Of a DNA stretch of 52,367 nucleotides, positions 33,062 to 43,088 are shown in pieces. The translations under genes were made by a program, and so were the position numbers. The notes beneath the pieces are model-generated. The model was not told the DNA's origin and did no database searches. It worked only from the letters and a program-made list of their open reading frames with translations. How positions within the stretch are numbered: position 1 is the stretch's first letter; each line of letters opens with the position of its first letter. Source of the stretch: a virus (taxonomy: Duplodnaviria; Caudoviricetes); IMG/VR virus record IMGVR_UViG_3300022680_000054, positions 1 to 52,367 of that record. One strand, given 5' to 3'.

Positions 33062-34237
33062 AATAATCTTCTCGGTCGTCAGTGCCCCACCATTGTCCAC
33101 CTTCACGCGCCAGTAGCCGCCATCGGGCGCTTGCAGCACCGGATCGCCGCCCACAAAGGCCAGTCCGCCCCGGCGCTGGCCGCCCCACTCCAGGCAGTCG
33201 GTGACCGCAGTTTGCAGGCTGCCCAAGTCGCGGGACACGTTGACCCGGTTCCACCAGCTGGTCGGGTCGATGACCACCCCGGAGCCGTGCAGGGCATCAT
33301 GTACCACGTTGCCGTTGCCGAGTAGCTCAATCGGCGCGGTCCAATTGGCCCCGACCGTGATCTGATTGCCCGGCCCGTTGATGCGCATCCGGCAGCCAGC
33401 AGTGGCCCCCCTACAATCACTGATGACGTTGCGGTTGCCGCCGGAAATGTCTATGCTGTAGGTAGCGTCCTCAGACTCGAACCAGTAGCCGCTGATGAAG
33501 TTTTCCGTAGCGTCTTGCAGGTAGAAGCCGGTGCCCATTGTGCCCTGCATCGCGCCTCCATAAAACTCGTTCATGATGGCGGTATGCAGGTGAACATCGG
33601 TATGGTTCCCCCTAAAGGCGAGGGAATACCAGCGTAACGCGCTGGCGTTGCTGCCCAGGTATAGGCCGGTCTGGCAACCGTAAACCTCCACACCGATGAA
33701 TGTACTTTCGTAGGTTTCCACCGCCGAGAGTCCGGTGGCAAAGTTAGCAATGATGACGTTCTGCCATTGCAGCGTAGCGACCCGCGTTTTAGTTGCCCCG
33801 GTAGCGATGCCGGTGGTTGTGCGCTGGTCGTCGCCCTCACCGACCACCATTACATTTTCGAGGTTCAGCGGCGCGGCGCGGGCATCGATGCCGATCCCGT
33901 CGGTGGCCGTACATTCCAGCACCGATCCGCTTGTTCGATAGTCGTAGGCGTCCCCCCAGCCAGCGGAGCCGAATAGGCTACGGTTGGCTGTCCTGGCGAC
34001 CATTCCCCGAATGGTCAATGGCTGAGATATGGTTATGCGCTCGAAGCTGTGCCGCCCCGCTGGTACCATCAGTACGCCGCCATCGGGCACGGCATTCACC
34101 GCTGCCTGTAGTGTAGTATAATCATCCGCCCACACCTTACCGTGATACCGCGCGTGCAGGTCCTTGTGGTCCTGCAGGTGTTGTTCCCGCGTCCGGCTGA
34201 AGGTGAATATTTCGGGCAGTTTAGTAACCATCGTCAT
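33059..34237 (-). CDS. parallel beta-helix (pectin-lyase-like) tailspike / depolymerase
   Basis: DDYTTLQAAVNA..GGVLMVPAG start motif and repeated beta-helix rungs; start at MTMVTK. Confidence 0.75.
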   Translation of the reverse strand: MTMVTKLPEIFTFSRTREQHLQDHKDLHARYHGKVWADDYTTLQAAVNAVPDGGVLMVPAGRHSFERITISQPLTIRGMVARTANRSLFGSAGWGDAYDYRTSGSVLECTATDGIGIDARAAPLNLENVMVVGEGDDQRTTTGIATGATKTRVATLQWQNVIIANFATGLSAVETYESTFIGVEVYGCQTGLYLGSNASALRWYSLAFRGNHTDVHLHTAIMNEFYGGAMQGTMGTGFYLQDATENFISGYWFESEDATYSIDISGGNRNVISDCRGATAGCRMRINGPGNQITVGANWTAPIELLGNGNVVHDALHGSGVVIDPTSWWNRVNVSRDLGSLQTAVTDCLEWGGQRRGGLAFVGGDPVLQAPDGGYWRVKVDNGGALTTEKII

Positions 34238-34253
34238 ACCCCGGCCAACTATC

Positions 34254-35054
34254 TCACACACTAATCCCGTACAAACTGGACAGATACGCCAGATTCTGCG
34301 CCTTCTGGGCGGCATCGTGGGCGACGTTGTAACAAATAACGCGGGCCAGTTTTCCGGTCAGGTACCCGGCACCGGACAGGAAGCCGATCTTGGCGACGCC
34401 CCCCATGTTGGTTGTGTTGCCACTGGCGGTATTCGATTCTGCGCCACCGTCTACGCTTATCGTGATATTGATGCCGTCATGCCTGCCATAAACAATCTGC
34501 CAGCCCGTGCTGGTGGACGTAGTTACCACGTCGGTATTGCCATCCCAGTTGTAATGACCCACCACCGGCCCGGTGCTGCGAAAATGACAGAAATCGAAGA
34601 AGGCCCCACCCCCACCTAGGACAAGTTCGTTCTGGTAGGGCGTGGCGTTGTCGGTGTTAAAACTGGTCGGATTGACAACCGCGTAGAAGGTCTTGGCTCC
34701 GGCGGTAAATATAACATTGTTGTTGGGGCCATCAGAAAAATAATCATCGACGCCGTCGAACGTCAGGGACGGCAGACCGTTGATCTGGTTGGTCTCATAC
34801 AGGGGACGCTCACCACCTGCTACCTGGGCCACGTCGTGACTGTTGCCGCTCTGGTCCAACCACGACCCTACCGGGTCACCATTGCCGGAGACTACACCCC
34901 CCGCAGTCTGGTAGACGTCGGTGCGGCTGTCCAGGTCCAGCGTCAGGCTGGTGCGTACAATATCCAGCGCCGCCCCGGCCTGCTGCAGCGTACCCAGCGG
35001 GTGACCCATCCAACGGCTTACCAGCGGCTCGCCTAAAAATCGAAATCCACTCAT
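34254..35054 (-). CDS. LamG/concanavalin-like virion or carbohydrate-binding protein
   Basis: WLDQSGNSHD..INGLPSLTFDGVDDY..LTGKLARVICYN pattern. Confidence 0.7.
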   Translation of the reverse strand: MSGFRFLGEPLVSRWMGHPLGTLQQAGAALDIVRTSLTLDLDSRTDVYQTAGGVVSGNGDPVGSWLDQSGNSHDVAQVAGGERPLYETNQINGLPSLTFDGVDDYFSDGPNNNVIFTAGAKTFYAVVNPTSFNTDNATPYQNELVLGGGGAFFDFCHFRSTGPVVGHYNWDGNTDVVTTSTSTGWQIVYGRHDGINITISVDGGAESNTASGNTTNMGGVAKIGFLSGAGYLTGKLARVICYNVAHDAAQKAQNLAYLSSLYGISV

Positions 35055-35956
35055 GTCTTTATCCTTAACAAACTAAACCCTGGCGGACGACAGCCCGAAG
35101 GCTCCGGTGTTGGGGGCACGCTGATAGTTAAGTTGCCCCAGGCATCCAGCAGTACGGCCTGCCCCCACAGCGAAAAGTCCCACCAACTGTTTCCGGTTTC
35201 CTTTTGTAAGCCAAACCAGGCCACCGGCCAGCCATCGCTGGCGTGCTGGGCAAACCACTGCATTTGTTCAACGACGTCCTGGTCTTCCCAGCGTAGATGA
35301 TGGGCCGCGTTACGGTGACCCTTCGCCCAGGAAGCCGTACTGCTGTCCGAGACATTCCATTCATTGATCGCCTTGCGGTGGTGCGGGATGCCCAAGCGGT
35401 CACAGGCTAATTCTGCAAACCGATGCCGCGCGGCCAGCGCTTCGGCATAGTCGGCCATCGTGCCCCAGTCGGCGGCATGGTAACAGTGCCAGCCCTCGAT
35501 ATGCCAGCCATCGGCCAGCGCCCGGTACACATCTCCGAACTGCTGGAACAGTTGCAGGATGACCCGTTCCTGCCAGGTGGTGTTGGGGGTATCAAACTCG
35601 GAAAGCCCTACCGGGTGCCCCTGCCCCCAATTGCCCACACACAACCGCAGACCCTTTTCGCGCGCCGTTTGCATGGCTTCCAGCGTCTTGGTGGCGGTGA
35701 CCTTGTAATGCAGCGGGTGCGGCTCGTTAATGTACTGGGTATAGATGTCGTTGCGCACCTGGCCGATCTGCTGGTGCATTTCCCAGGCCGCACGGTACAC
35801 GAAGTCACGCCCGCTCTCAGCGGTGGCGGCGTGGTTGTCGTCCGGCCACAGGCGCACGATGACCGTAGCCGTGGGGTCTGCCTCGATGATGTCACGCGCC
35901 GGGCCGTAACTGAAGGTGACGTAACAGCCGCCGGGATAGGTGGCCGCCCAGGCCAA
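35051..35956 (-). CDS. clan GH-A-like glycoside hydrolase, candidate lysin
   Basis: YINEP acid/base motif, WHCY and AINEWN nucleophile motif; follows the holin-like gene; start uncertain. Confidence 0.6.
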   Translation of the reverse strand: MAWAATYPGGCYVTFSYGPARDIIEADPTATVIVRLWPDDNHAATAESGRDFVYRAAWEMHQQIGQVRNDIYTQYINEPHPLHYKVTATKTLEAMQTAREKGLRLCVGNWGQGHPVGLSEFDTPNTTWQERVILQLFQQFGDVYRALADGWHIEGWHCYHAADWGTMADYAEALAARHRFAELACDRLGIPHHRKAINEWNVSDSSTASWAKGHRNAAHHLRWEDQDVVEQMQWFAQHASDGWPVAWFGLQKETGNSWWDFSLWGQAVLLDAWGNLTISVPPTPEPSGCRPPGFSLLRIKT

Positions 35957-35997
35957 TACCCATTCCAGCGGCCAGTTGGTATCATTAAACCCGGTGC

Positions 35998-36438
35998 CTA
36001 ACCGACGGCTTCCTGTTTTGGGCCGGTGAAGCGGCGCACATTTTTCAGCCAGGGCGGCAGGCTGCCGTCTGTGCGCTGGTAACCAAAGCCGCTGATCCCA
36101 CGGTTGCGGGCGGCTGTGTAGGCGGCATGACCGCCAAACAACGAGATCAGGAACGGCAGCAGCAAGGGCACGGCCACTTCCAGCAGTTTAGTGATGTTAA
36201 CCGTCCATTCCTCAAAAGCAGGCAGGTCGCCGCCCAGCTTGCCAAACACGGCAAAACCCAGCCAGAACAGGCCCTGGATGATGAAGTGCAGCGTATTGCT
36301 GCTGGCGTATTTGGCGGGCACAAGCCGCTTGAACACGCTCACCAGCAGGACGATTAACGGTACCGCAAACGGCACCACCGTCAGATCGTTGATCATCGCC
36401 AGTAGTCGTTCCACAAAAATCACAGCGGTGTCTTCCAT
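35998..36438 (-). CDS. holin-like membrane protein
   Basis: Three hydrophobic helices, basic C-terminal tail, AGGAG RBS, upstream of the hydrolase. Confidence 0.65.
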   Translation of the reverse strand: MEDTAVIFVERLLAMINDLTVVPFAVPLIVLLVSVFKRLVPAKYASSNTLHFIIQGLFWLGFAVFGKLGGDLPAFEEWTVNITKLLEVAVPLLLPFLISLFGGHAAYTAARNRGISGFGYQRTDGSLPPWLKNVRRFTGPKQEAVG

Positions 36439-36665
36439 TGGTTATTCTCCTGTCAATTTATTGGTGTAAAATATGCATCAAAATATGCAAAGTATAATAC
36501 ACCGTTATTAGTGGAGGACCGCCGCGCGGGCGGCAACGGCAGTCCTCTATTCAGTTGTTTGATGCACGTTTCCGGGCGCAGAGCGGCGCACCGGGGATCG
36601 GCTCACCTGCCAGGCCAGGGGGACTTTCGGCCCGTGCAAGTGGGCCGCTCCCCGGTAGGCCGATC

Positions 36666-37316
36666 CTATGCAGCCATTTGATTAGCCATCCATAACCGCA
36701 TCGGCTCCACCAGACCGCGCAGCACGTCCAGCTGCTGCTCCATGTTGGTAATGATGCGATCCGATGCTGCCTTGTCATAGACAAATTCGCTAATGCGCTC
36801 TTTAGCCTGTGACAATTCGGCTTGTGTTTCCTCAAGCCTTTCCTGCGTCTTCTCCAGTCTTTTCTGCATGGCGTTCGCTTCTTCCTCACTGCGTTCATAC
36901 GCCAGCGTTAACGATTCGATTTTAACCTCCTGCTGTTCGATGTGCGCTTCCAGCGCCAGTTTGTCGGACTGGGCCGACTGCACCAGGCGCTGGTATGTTT
37001 CGTCAAGCACATCGATGGCCTTTTTCTGCATCGCGATCTCGCGCTCGTAGTGATCCCGGTCGGTAAGACGCTGGTCTTCCAGGCGCTTGATCTGTTTTTC
37101 CATGTATTCGCGCTCGGATTTGCGCACGCCTTCATGCGCCTCGGCCAATTCCCGACGTAAATCATTTTCTCGCTTGATACGCGAAGCGGTTTCTTCCGCC
37201 TCGCGTCTGTCTTTGGTGTACAGTTTATACATTTGCCGCACACCCCCGTACAACGCCGCGCCGATCACACTGCTGAGCGCGACCACGGCGGGTACAAGTT
37301 CCGCCAGGTTTTCCAT
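36666..37316 (-). CDS. membrane-anchored coiled-coil protein (lysis module)
   Basis: N-terminal hydrophobic helix followed by about 170 aa of heptad repeats. Confidence 0.65.
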   Translation of the reverse strand: MENLAELVPAVVALSSVIGAALYGGVRQMYKLYTKDRREAEETASRIKRENDLRRELAEAHEGVRKSEREYMEKQIKRLEDQRLTDRDHYEREIAMQKKAIDVLDETYQRLVQSAQSDKLALEAHIEQQEVKIESLTLAYERSEEEANAMQKRLEKTQERLEETQAELSQAKERISEFVYDKAASDRIITNMEQQLDVLRGLVEPMRLWMANQMAA

Positions 37317-37338
37317 TTGAGTAGTCCCCCTGCCTTAT

Positions 37339-37755
37339 CTATGTGGTGATATAAAATCCAAATACGTAAATGTCCCAGTCTTCGGTCGTTGCATCCGACC
37401 CTGTCTCTATTGACACCCTGAAGCTGGTGCCCGCCGCATATACCGGATACTCACTATCCCGCACACTGTCGATAATGGCGTAATCCTCGGTGGTGAAGGT
37501 ATAGGTCACCGTGTTCAGGTAATCGTCATAGGTGGCCGCGTTGCCGCCAAAGCTGGCAATGGCCTGCTGCGCCTTGCCGCCGTCGGTGAACGACTCCAGG
37601 TGTATCACTACCTTGGTCACGATCAGCTGCTTGCCCGGTTCCACCACCAGAATATCACTGATGGCGACCGCCGTCGCGTCCACCCCGGTCAGGTGCCCCA
37701 CGATGCTGTCGGCCACTTCATACAGGTGACCGCTGTCTATAAACCCGGTTGTCAT
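37339..37755 (-). CDS. putative virion/tail protein
   Basis: 138 aa beta-rich ORF coupled to tail genes. Confidence 0.6.
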   Translation of the reverse strand: MTTGFIDSGHLYEVADSIVGHLTGVDATAVAISDILVVEPGKQLIVTKVVIHLESFTDGGKAQQAIASFGGNAATYDDYLNTVTYTFTTEDYAIIDSVRDSEYPVYAAGTSFRVSIETGSDATTEDWDIYVFGFYITT

Positions 37756-38642
37756 GTGTACACCACTTTCCCATCGTAAACGGTCACGTTTGCGTTATAA
37801 GTTGGCACCTGTCCCAGCACCTGGGCCACGGTCGGGGCATGGGCGCGCAAGCCTGACCAGATGTGGCCCCACGTGATGCGCGTCATGCCGTAACGCAGGC
37901 AAATCACGCCGGCCTGGTAATTGGCTTTGTTCCCGGCGGGCACGTAATCCCACAGCACCTTTTCCGGCAGGTCGGCCACAAACTCCGGCCCGTAGATATA
38001 AGAGACCGCCAGGCTGTTGTCAATTTCCACCAGGCAGAACTTGGCATACCCTACCCCGCTCGGTATCTCACTGGTCAGGTCGGCCAGTTCGCCGCCGTTC
38101 CAGTATTGGCGTCCGCTGGTTGTCGGTATCCAGCCCGGTGCCAGGTAGGCGATCATGCCCGACCACATAAAAATCTGCGCCAGCCACAACTGGCGGATGT
38201 CTACCCGGTTCGGGTCTTCGCCTACCTTGCCACTGTACGCGCCCCCGGTAAACCCGGCATTGATGATCTCATGCTGGCCGGCGTGGGGAATTACCCCAAA
38301 ATCCGGGGCGCTCGGTTCAAGCTCATTTGCCACTTCATAGCGGTAAACGTGCAGGCGGGCCTTGTCGTTGGGCGGATAGCCAATCACCACGCGCCGCCCG
38401 TAACGGAAATCAGCCACGGTGTTAATGACCTTGCCAACCTCGCCGCCGTCCAGCGACGTGTAATAACACTGGTTTTGATACTGCCGGTCATCGTCGGGCA
38501 CCCGAACCCGCTGTTCGGTGCCAATCTGCGCCCCCAACGTCACCGTGACCAGCCCCGTCCACTGCTGGCTGCCGATCAGCCGCGCCAGTTGGTGGGTCTC
38601 GCGAACTATCAGGTCGGGGTCAATACGGAAGTTGTCGGTCAT
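37752..38642 (-). CDS. minor tail protein
   Basis: Coupled downstream of the large tail protein; call by synteny. Confidence 0.6.
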   Translation of the reverse strand: MTDNFRIDPDLIVRETHQLARLIGSQQWTGLVTVTLGAQIGTEQRVRVPDDDRQYQNQCYYTSLDGGEVGKVINTVADFRYGRRVVIGYPPNDKARLHVYRYEVANELEPSAPDFGVIPHAGQHEIINAGFTGGAYSGKVGEDPNRVDIRQLWLAQIFMWSGMIAYLAPGWIPTTSGRQYWNGGELADLTSEIPSGVGYAKFCLVEIDNSLAVSYIYGPEFVADLPEKVLWDYVPAGNKANYQAGVICLRYGMTRITWGHIWSGLRAHAPTVAQVLGQVPTYNANVTVYDGKVVYT

Positions 38643-41600
38643 TGGATAGCCCCCAGGACGGCTTCGGCGTAAGCAATACGCATGTCGCCAAAGATGCCGC
38701 CGCTCACCAGGTTACCGGTCAGGCTCTGCCAGGCCGTATCGCCCTTGTCCTCAGTGGCCGCCAAGCCGCCGGTAATACCGCCGTTGGTACGTTCCCACCA
38801 ACACAGGCAAAAGTCTTTATTGTACGGCCAACCGTTGATGTTGACCGTGTGCATGTTGGTACCGATAGTCCCCCCGCCGCCCGGCTGGTTGGTGCAGACG
38901 GTGAAATTGTCGCCCTGGTCGTCGCTGTAATCCACGCGCGCGTTACGGTTGACCTGGCCGACCGTCTGCTTAGCGATAAACAGTCGATTGCTGTCCAGCG
39001 TGTAATCCACCAGCGACCGCATGGACGGCGACGCCCAGGAGGCGTCCCAACTGCCCGCCCCCACCCCGGCCAGGATTTGCGTCCAGGCCGTGCCGAAGTT
39101 GCGCGTGCGGTAGACGTGCCAGGCGCGATCCGGGTTAGGGCTGAGCACCCACCCGTTGGTCTCGAATAACTGCTGGCTGGCGTCGGGAATATTGGCCGTA
39201 AAATCATCCCGCATAAACGGCACCGTGCATATATCTCCCGAATTAGCGCCATGCCCGGCATTATTAACCACCGTCCAGCTGCCCGTCGCGCCCCACTCGG
39301 TATTGTAATAAATGCTGCCCGCGCAGGCGCAAAACACGCGGCTGTCGCCGTCAACGACGTTATGCACGCCGGGGTGCAATTGCCCCAGATATTTTTCGTC
39401 CGACGTATCAGCCGTGGTGAAGACAGGATTGATGATCCAGTTCAGCCCGTAATCAAACGAGACATGCACCTGATAAAACGACGCCAGGAGCATAATCCAG
39501 CCCTGCCGGTGGCCGCTCATGACAATATGGTGATAGTTGTTCCAGTTGCCAGGCGTGATCAGGCTGTTGTCCAGCACTTGCGTCCAGATCGGCGTGGCGG
39601 CAAACACGTTATCGCAGCGGTACAGGCCGCTGGTCGTGACGGCAAAATACCGCTGGTAATTAAACGGATCGGCAGTCATCCAGCGCACGTTACCGGCCAG
39701 CCCGGTGCTGATGTTGGTGTACACCGGGGCACCGCTGCCCAGGCCCGCCGCCTGCACGCCCAGCGCGATCTTGGCCTCGTGCCGGTGCCCGACGATGACA
39801 TAGATTGGCGTGGTTCGTTCTTCCTCGTTGGGCACTTCCAGCGTCTGGAAATCACCAAAGGCGGGCCAGTCCAGACCCGGATACCACGAGCCATCCACCC
39901 CGGCGGGTATCGGTTTGGTGATGCCCTCAACTCCGGTCGTTTCGGCCTCCATCGTGATGTTGACCGTTTTTAACCAGTCCTTGTCATTGACCTGCTGCCA
40001 GCGCCGCGAGACCGAGACCGGTAAAAAGCGCCGGTCGGTATAACCGGAGCCGCGCGGGTCGAGGGCGTCGGCGATGGTCAGCTTGTGCCAGATCATCAGG
40101 GCCGGGTCTGCCGTGTCAAAGTTGCGCTTGGCCGGGATTTGCAGGGCCGGGGTCGGGTTGTTGGCTTTAGCGAACAGGTGCCCGGCGATCTCGTTAACCC
40201 GCGTCTGCCCCCCGGTCAGCGGAACGATCATCCCGTTGGTGACGTTTTTACTACGGCCCGGAGCCTGCATGTCACCGGGCGCGCGGGACCAGTAGGGGAT
40301 GGTGCTGGTGCCATTGTAGGAAAAGGCATAGCCGTCTTCCTGTCCCACGTCCAGGCGATACCCTGCCGGGTAGGATAAACCTTCATCACCCCGAATATCC
40401 TGTGCCGTCCAGGTCATCTGCACGTCAAGTGCGTTGCGGTCGGCGGCATCCATCAACAGCGGGTCATGGCGCAGGTACATCGCCCCTTCACTGATGCAGC
40501 CGATATTGATCTGCCGGGGTGCGATTTCCTTCAACTGTCCCCATACGCTCTTTTTGTTGAACACCCAGTTGTGATCGCGCAGTTCGGTATCGCCCAGTGG
40601 GATAAAGTCGAACTTCTTGGTAAAGTTGGGGGCATGGTGGGCCAGCACGTACCAGGCCACGCCGTTTGGGTTGGACAGGCTGCTGTCTACTTCCGTCCAG
40701 TTGGCCGGGCTGCTGACCTCCTGGATGTACTGCGGGGCCATGGCGATCTGGTCCAGCACGTGGGCCGGGCTGAGCAGGTCAAATTCCACCTGCCCATTGC
40801 CCACGTTGCGGATGCCAGCTTCTTCGTCAATGTACCCGACAAAGGTGTCTAACACCGCTCCATCGGTCAGACTGGAACCGCCGTAAGTGCTGGTCTCGGT
40901 ATAGAGGAAAGCCGCGCCGGGAAACACAACCGACTCGGCCACGTCGCCATACATGCGGATCGTCATCTTGCGGCCTTGCCGGTTCTGGCTATCCCCCTCA
41001 ACGCGCCAGCCGGTCAGGTCAACCGCGTTAGTGCCGTCCTCTACCCAGACGTTAGTCTCGGCGATGTGGGTCTCTCCGGCGCTGTCGGTGATCAGGCAGC
41101 GCACGATGTAAAACCCGGTAGACGTAAAGCGCACCGTGGGATTAACGATATTCTGCGCCGTCTGCCAGGCCCCCCCCGCCCCGTCCAGCGCATAACTGGA
41201 ATTACGGAACGTCCAGGCCCAGGTGGACGCCGCCTTGTCCCAGTAGTGGCTGTTGGACGCCGTCAGGTCCAGGTCCACCTGCCCGCCGGACAGCACCAGC
41301 CGCCGCCACTTGCCCACGTTACAGACCGGATTGGGGTCGCTGCCCTCGTCCCCGTAGGCCACGTTGTATTTTTTGTAGAAGGTGCCCCCGCTGATGCGGC
41401 TTAGCTGCGCCCACAGCGGGGAATTGGCAAAAATGGTGAAATAATGGTTGTTGGCGACGGCTACGTGCTCCAGCATTTTGACGCCGGGATCGCCTTCACT
41501 GTGGCCGTGAACGTAGATTTGATTATTGACGCCGTTCAGGCGGATGGTGGAGACCATCACGTCGCGGCCCCCGGCAGCGGTGCCGATCCAGACCATCAGC

Positions 41601-41797
41601 CCCAGGTCCAGGTTGGTCAGGTCCACCCCGCCGTTAAAGGCGAGGTTATCCACCAGATAGGTACCGCGTGGGAAAAAGTTGGGATCGGCTGAAATCTGAC
41701 CCGTGCCCACGGTCACCTTTGGAATCACATTCAGGTGCGGCGTGACGATGATGTCCTGGCCGCGTAGCAGGGTCAGGTCGCCAGCGCTGATCGCCAT
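38639..41797 (-). CDS. large tail / baseplate hub protein with C-terminal Asp-box beta-propeller
   Basis: 1052 aa; Asp-box-like VSFDYGLNW, RTRNFGTAW, YSDDQGDNF, ATEDKGDTAW. Confidence 0.75.
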   Translation of the reverse strand: MAISAGDLTLLRGQDIIVTPHLNVIPKVTVGTGQISADPNFFPRGTYLVDNLAFNGGVDLTNLDLGLMVWIGTAAGGRDVMVSTIRLNGVNNQIYVHGHSEGDPGVKMLEHVAVANNHYFTIFANSPLWAQLSRISGGTFYKKYNVAYGDEGSDPNPVCNVGKWRRLVLSGGQVDLDLTASNSHYWDKAASTWAWTFRNSSYALDGAGGAWQTAQNIVNPTVRFTSTGFYIVRCLITDSAGETHIAETNVWVEDGTNAVDLTGWRVEGDSQNRQGRKMTIRMYGDVAESVVFPGAAFLYTETSTYGGSSLTDGAVLDTFVGYIDEEAGIRNVGNGQVEFDLLSPAHVLDQIAMAPQYIQEVSSPANWTEVDSSLSNPNGVAWYVLAHHAPNFTKKFDFIPLGDTELRDHNWVFNKKSVWGQLKEIAPRQINIGCISEGAMYLRHDPLLMDAADRNALDVQMTWTAQDIRGDEGLSYPAGYRLDVGQEDGYAFSYNGTSTIPYWSRAPGDMQAPGRSKNVTNGMIVPLTGGQTRVNEIAGHLFAKANNPTPALQIPAKRNFDTADPALMIWHKLTIADALDPRGSGYTDRRFLPVSVSRRWQQVNDKDWLKTVNITMEAETTGVEGITKPIPAGVDGSWYPGLDWPAFGDFQTLEVPNEEERTTPIYVIVGHRHEAKIALGVQAAGLGSGAPVYTNISTGLAGNVRWMTADPFNYQRYFAVTTSGLYRCDNVFAATPIWTQVLDNSLITPGNWNNYHHIVMSGHRQGWIMLLASFYQVHVSFDYGLNWIINPVFTTADTSDEKYLGQLHPGVHNVVDGDSRVFCACAGSIYYNTEWGATGSWTVVNNAGHGANSGDICTVPFMRDDFTANIPDASQQLFETNGWVLSPNPDRAWHVYRTRNFGTAWTQILAGVGAGSWDASWASPSMRSLVDYTLDSNRLFIAKQTVGQVNRNARVDYSDDQGDNFTVCTNQPGGGGTIGTNMHTVNINGWPYNKDFCLCWWERTNGGITGGLAATEDKGDTAWQSLTGNLVSGGIFGDMRIAYAEAVLGAIQ

Positions 41798-42690
41798 GAT
41801 GGCCCCCCTTTATATTGCAGGTTCGCTTCCCGCCATATCCACCACCACAGCGCACCGAACGGTATCCACCAGAGCCACTCTACACTGCCCGTCGTGATGC
41901 GCAGGAACACCGCCCCCCACGTCGCCAGCGCCAGCCCCGGCGAAGCCATCACCACTACCAGTACGGCAAAATCATAGTGCTGCACGTAGGGAGAGAGCAG
42001 GGGATTGAGGATCAGCAGCAGGGCCATGCGCCGTGTTGGGGGCATTTGGACAATAAGTATCGTCAGTAGTGGAGCCGCCAACAGCCCGATCCCTAAATTC
42101 TCTATCGTCGGCTCACCGGCCCGCGCCAGTATCCAGTCCAGCCACGGCCCCAGCCACGGGCCAAATACCACCGCCGACAGCAGCAGCACCGCCGCGACGG
42201 CATACAGGGACCAGTAGAAGTCCAGCCGATCCCGCTGTAACAGGGTGAATAACACATAGAGGGAGAGCAGCCCGCCCACCTGGGGTTTGACCAGTAGCAA
42301 AAGGACGGCGATACCGCCCCACCCCGGTGGCACCTTGTCGGCCACTACCAGATAGGCCAGCGCCGCGCCAAAAGCCACGATCCCGCCCAGTTGGCCCAAC
42401 CACAGCGTATACACTACAGGCGCACCCAGCACAGCGCACCATGGCGACACACCGGCAGATTCTGACAGGATCAGGAAGCCAATCATGGACAGCGCCGACA
42501 GGGCCGCCAGCGCTAAAGTTGGGGGCAGCGTGCCCAGCGGTGAGGTCAGCAGGTGCAGGTAGGCCGGGGCTACCGCGTCCGGCGTCCAGGGCAGCAACCA
42601 CTGGGGGGCATCAATGCCAAAAGGCAGCAGCAGGGCGGCAACAAAGACGCCGACCACCAACCCCGCTTGTATGGCGGTGGTACGTGTCAC
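41773..42690 (-). CDS. polytopic membrane glycosyltransferase, GT-C (GT87/DUF2029-like)
   Basis: About 10 TM helices; LWLGQ, LLLVKPQ, LSPYVQHYD motifs. Confidence 0.7.
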   Translation of the reverse strand: MTRTTAIQAGLVVGVFVAALLLPFGIDAPQWLLPWTPDAVAPAYLHLLTSPLGTLPPTLALAALSALSMIGFLILSESAGVSPWCAVLGAPVVYTLWLGQLGGIVAFGAALAYLVVADKVPPGWGGIAVLLLLVKPQVGGLLSLYVLFTLLQRDRLDFYWSLYAVAAVLLLSAVVFGPWLGPWLDWILARAGEPTIENLGIGLLAAPLLTILIVQMPPTRRMALLLILNPLLSPYVQHYDFAVLVVVMASPGLALATWGAVFLRITTGSVEWLWWIPFGALWWWIWREANLQYKGGPSWRSALAT

Positions 42691-43088
42691 ATCGGCACCC
42701 CTTTACGAAACAACAGATACCATTCTTCAACGTGCTCAACGTTGAATCCTAACCGCGCTGCTGTCGCTGAGAAATCTCGAATAAACTCATCTAATTGATA
42801 GCGCTCAAATTCCAGGAAATCGAATTTTGAAGGTCTTACGTTATCAAAGGTATTTAATACCGCGGAGTCTTCATCAATGAATAGACGTATACCTTCCTGT
42901 CCTTCGATGCGATAAAAACGCAATTGGACTTGGTAATTTAACTTGCACCATTTCACCTTGAGTTCAATACTGTCATAACAAGCAAAAACAGACTGCAACA
43001 ACCACCGCTCTTTGGCTGGGTTGACAGTAGGTAGCGCTTCTACTTCTTCTTTCAAAGCCGTTTCAAGATTGGAAATATCAATCTTCAT
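42687..43088 (-). CDS. hypothetical protein (AT-rich insert)
   Basis: Start at MKIDIS by ATGA overlap with the upstream tail gene. Confidence 0.65.
   Translation of the reverse strand: MKIDISNLETALKEEVEALPTVNPAKERWLLQSVFACYDSIELKVKWCKLNYQVQLRFYRIEGQEGIRLFIDEDSAVLNTFDNVRPSKFDFLEFERYQLDEFIRDFSATAARLGFNVEHVEEWYLLFRKGVPM

Noticed and set aside
33059-41797. Diversity-generating retroelement acting on tail genes
   Set aside because: No reverse transcriptase and no template/variable repeat pair seen
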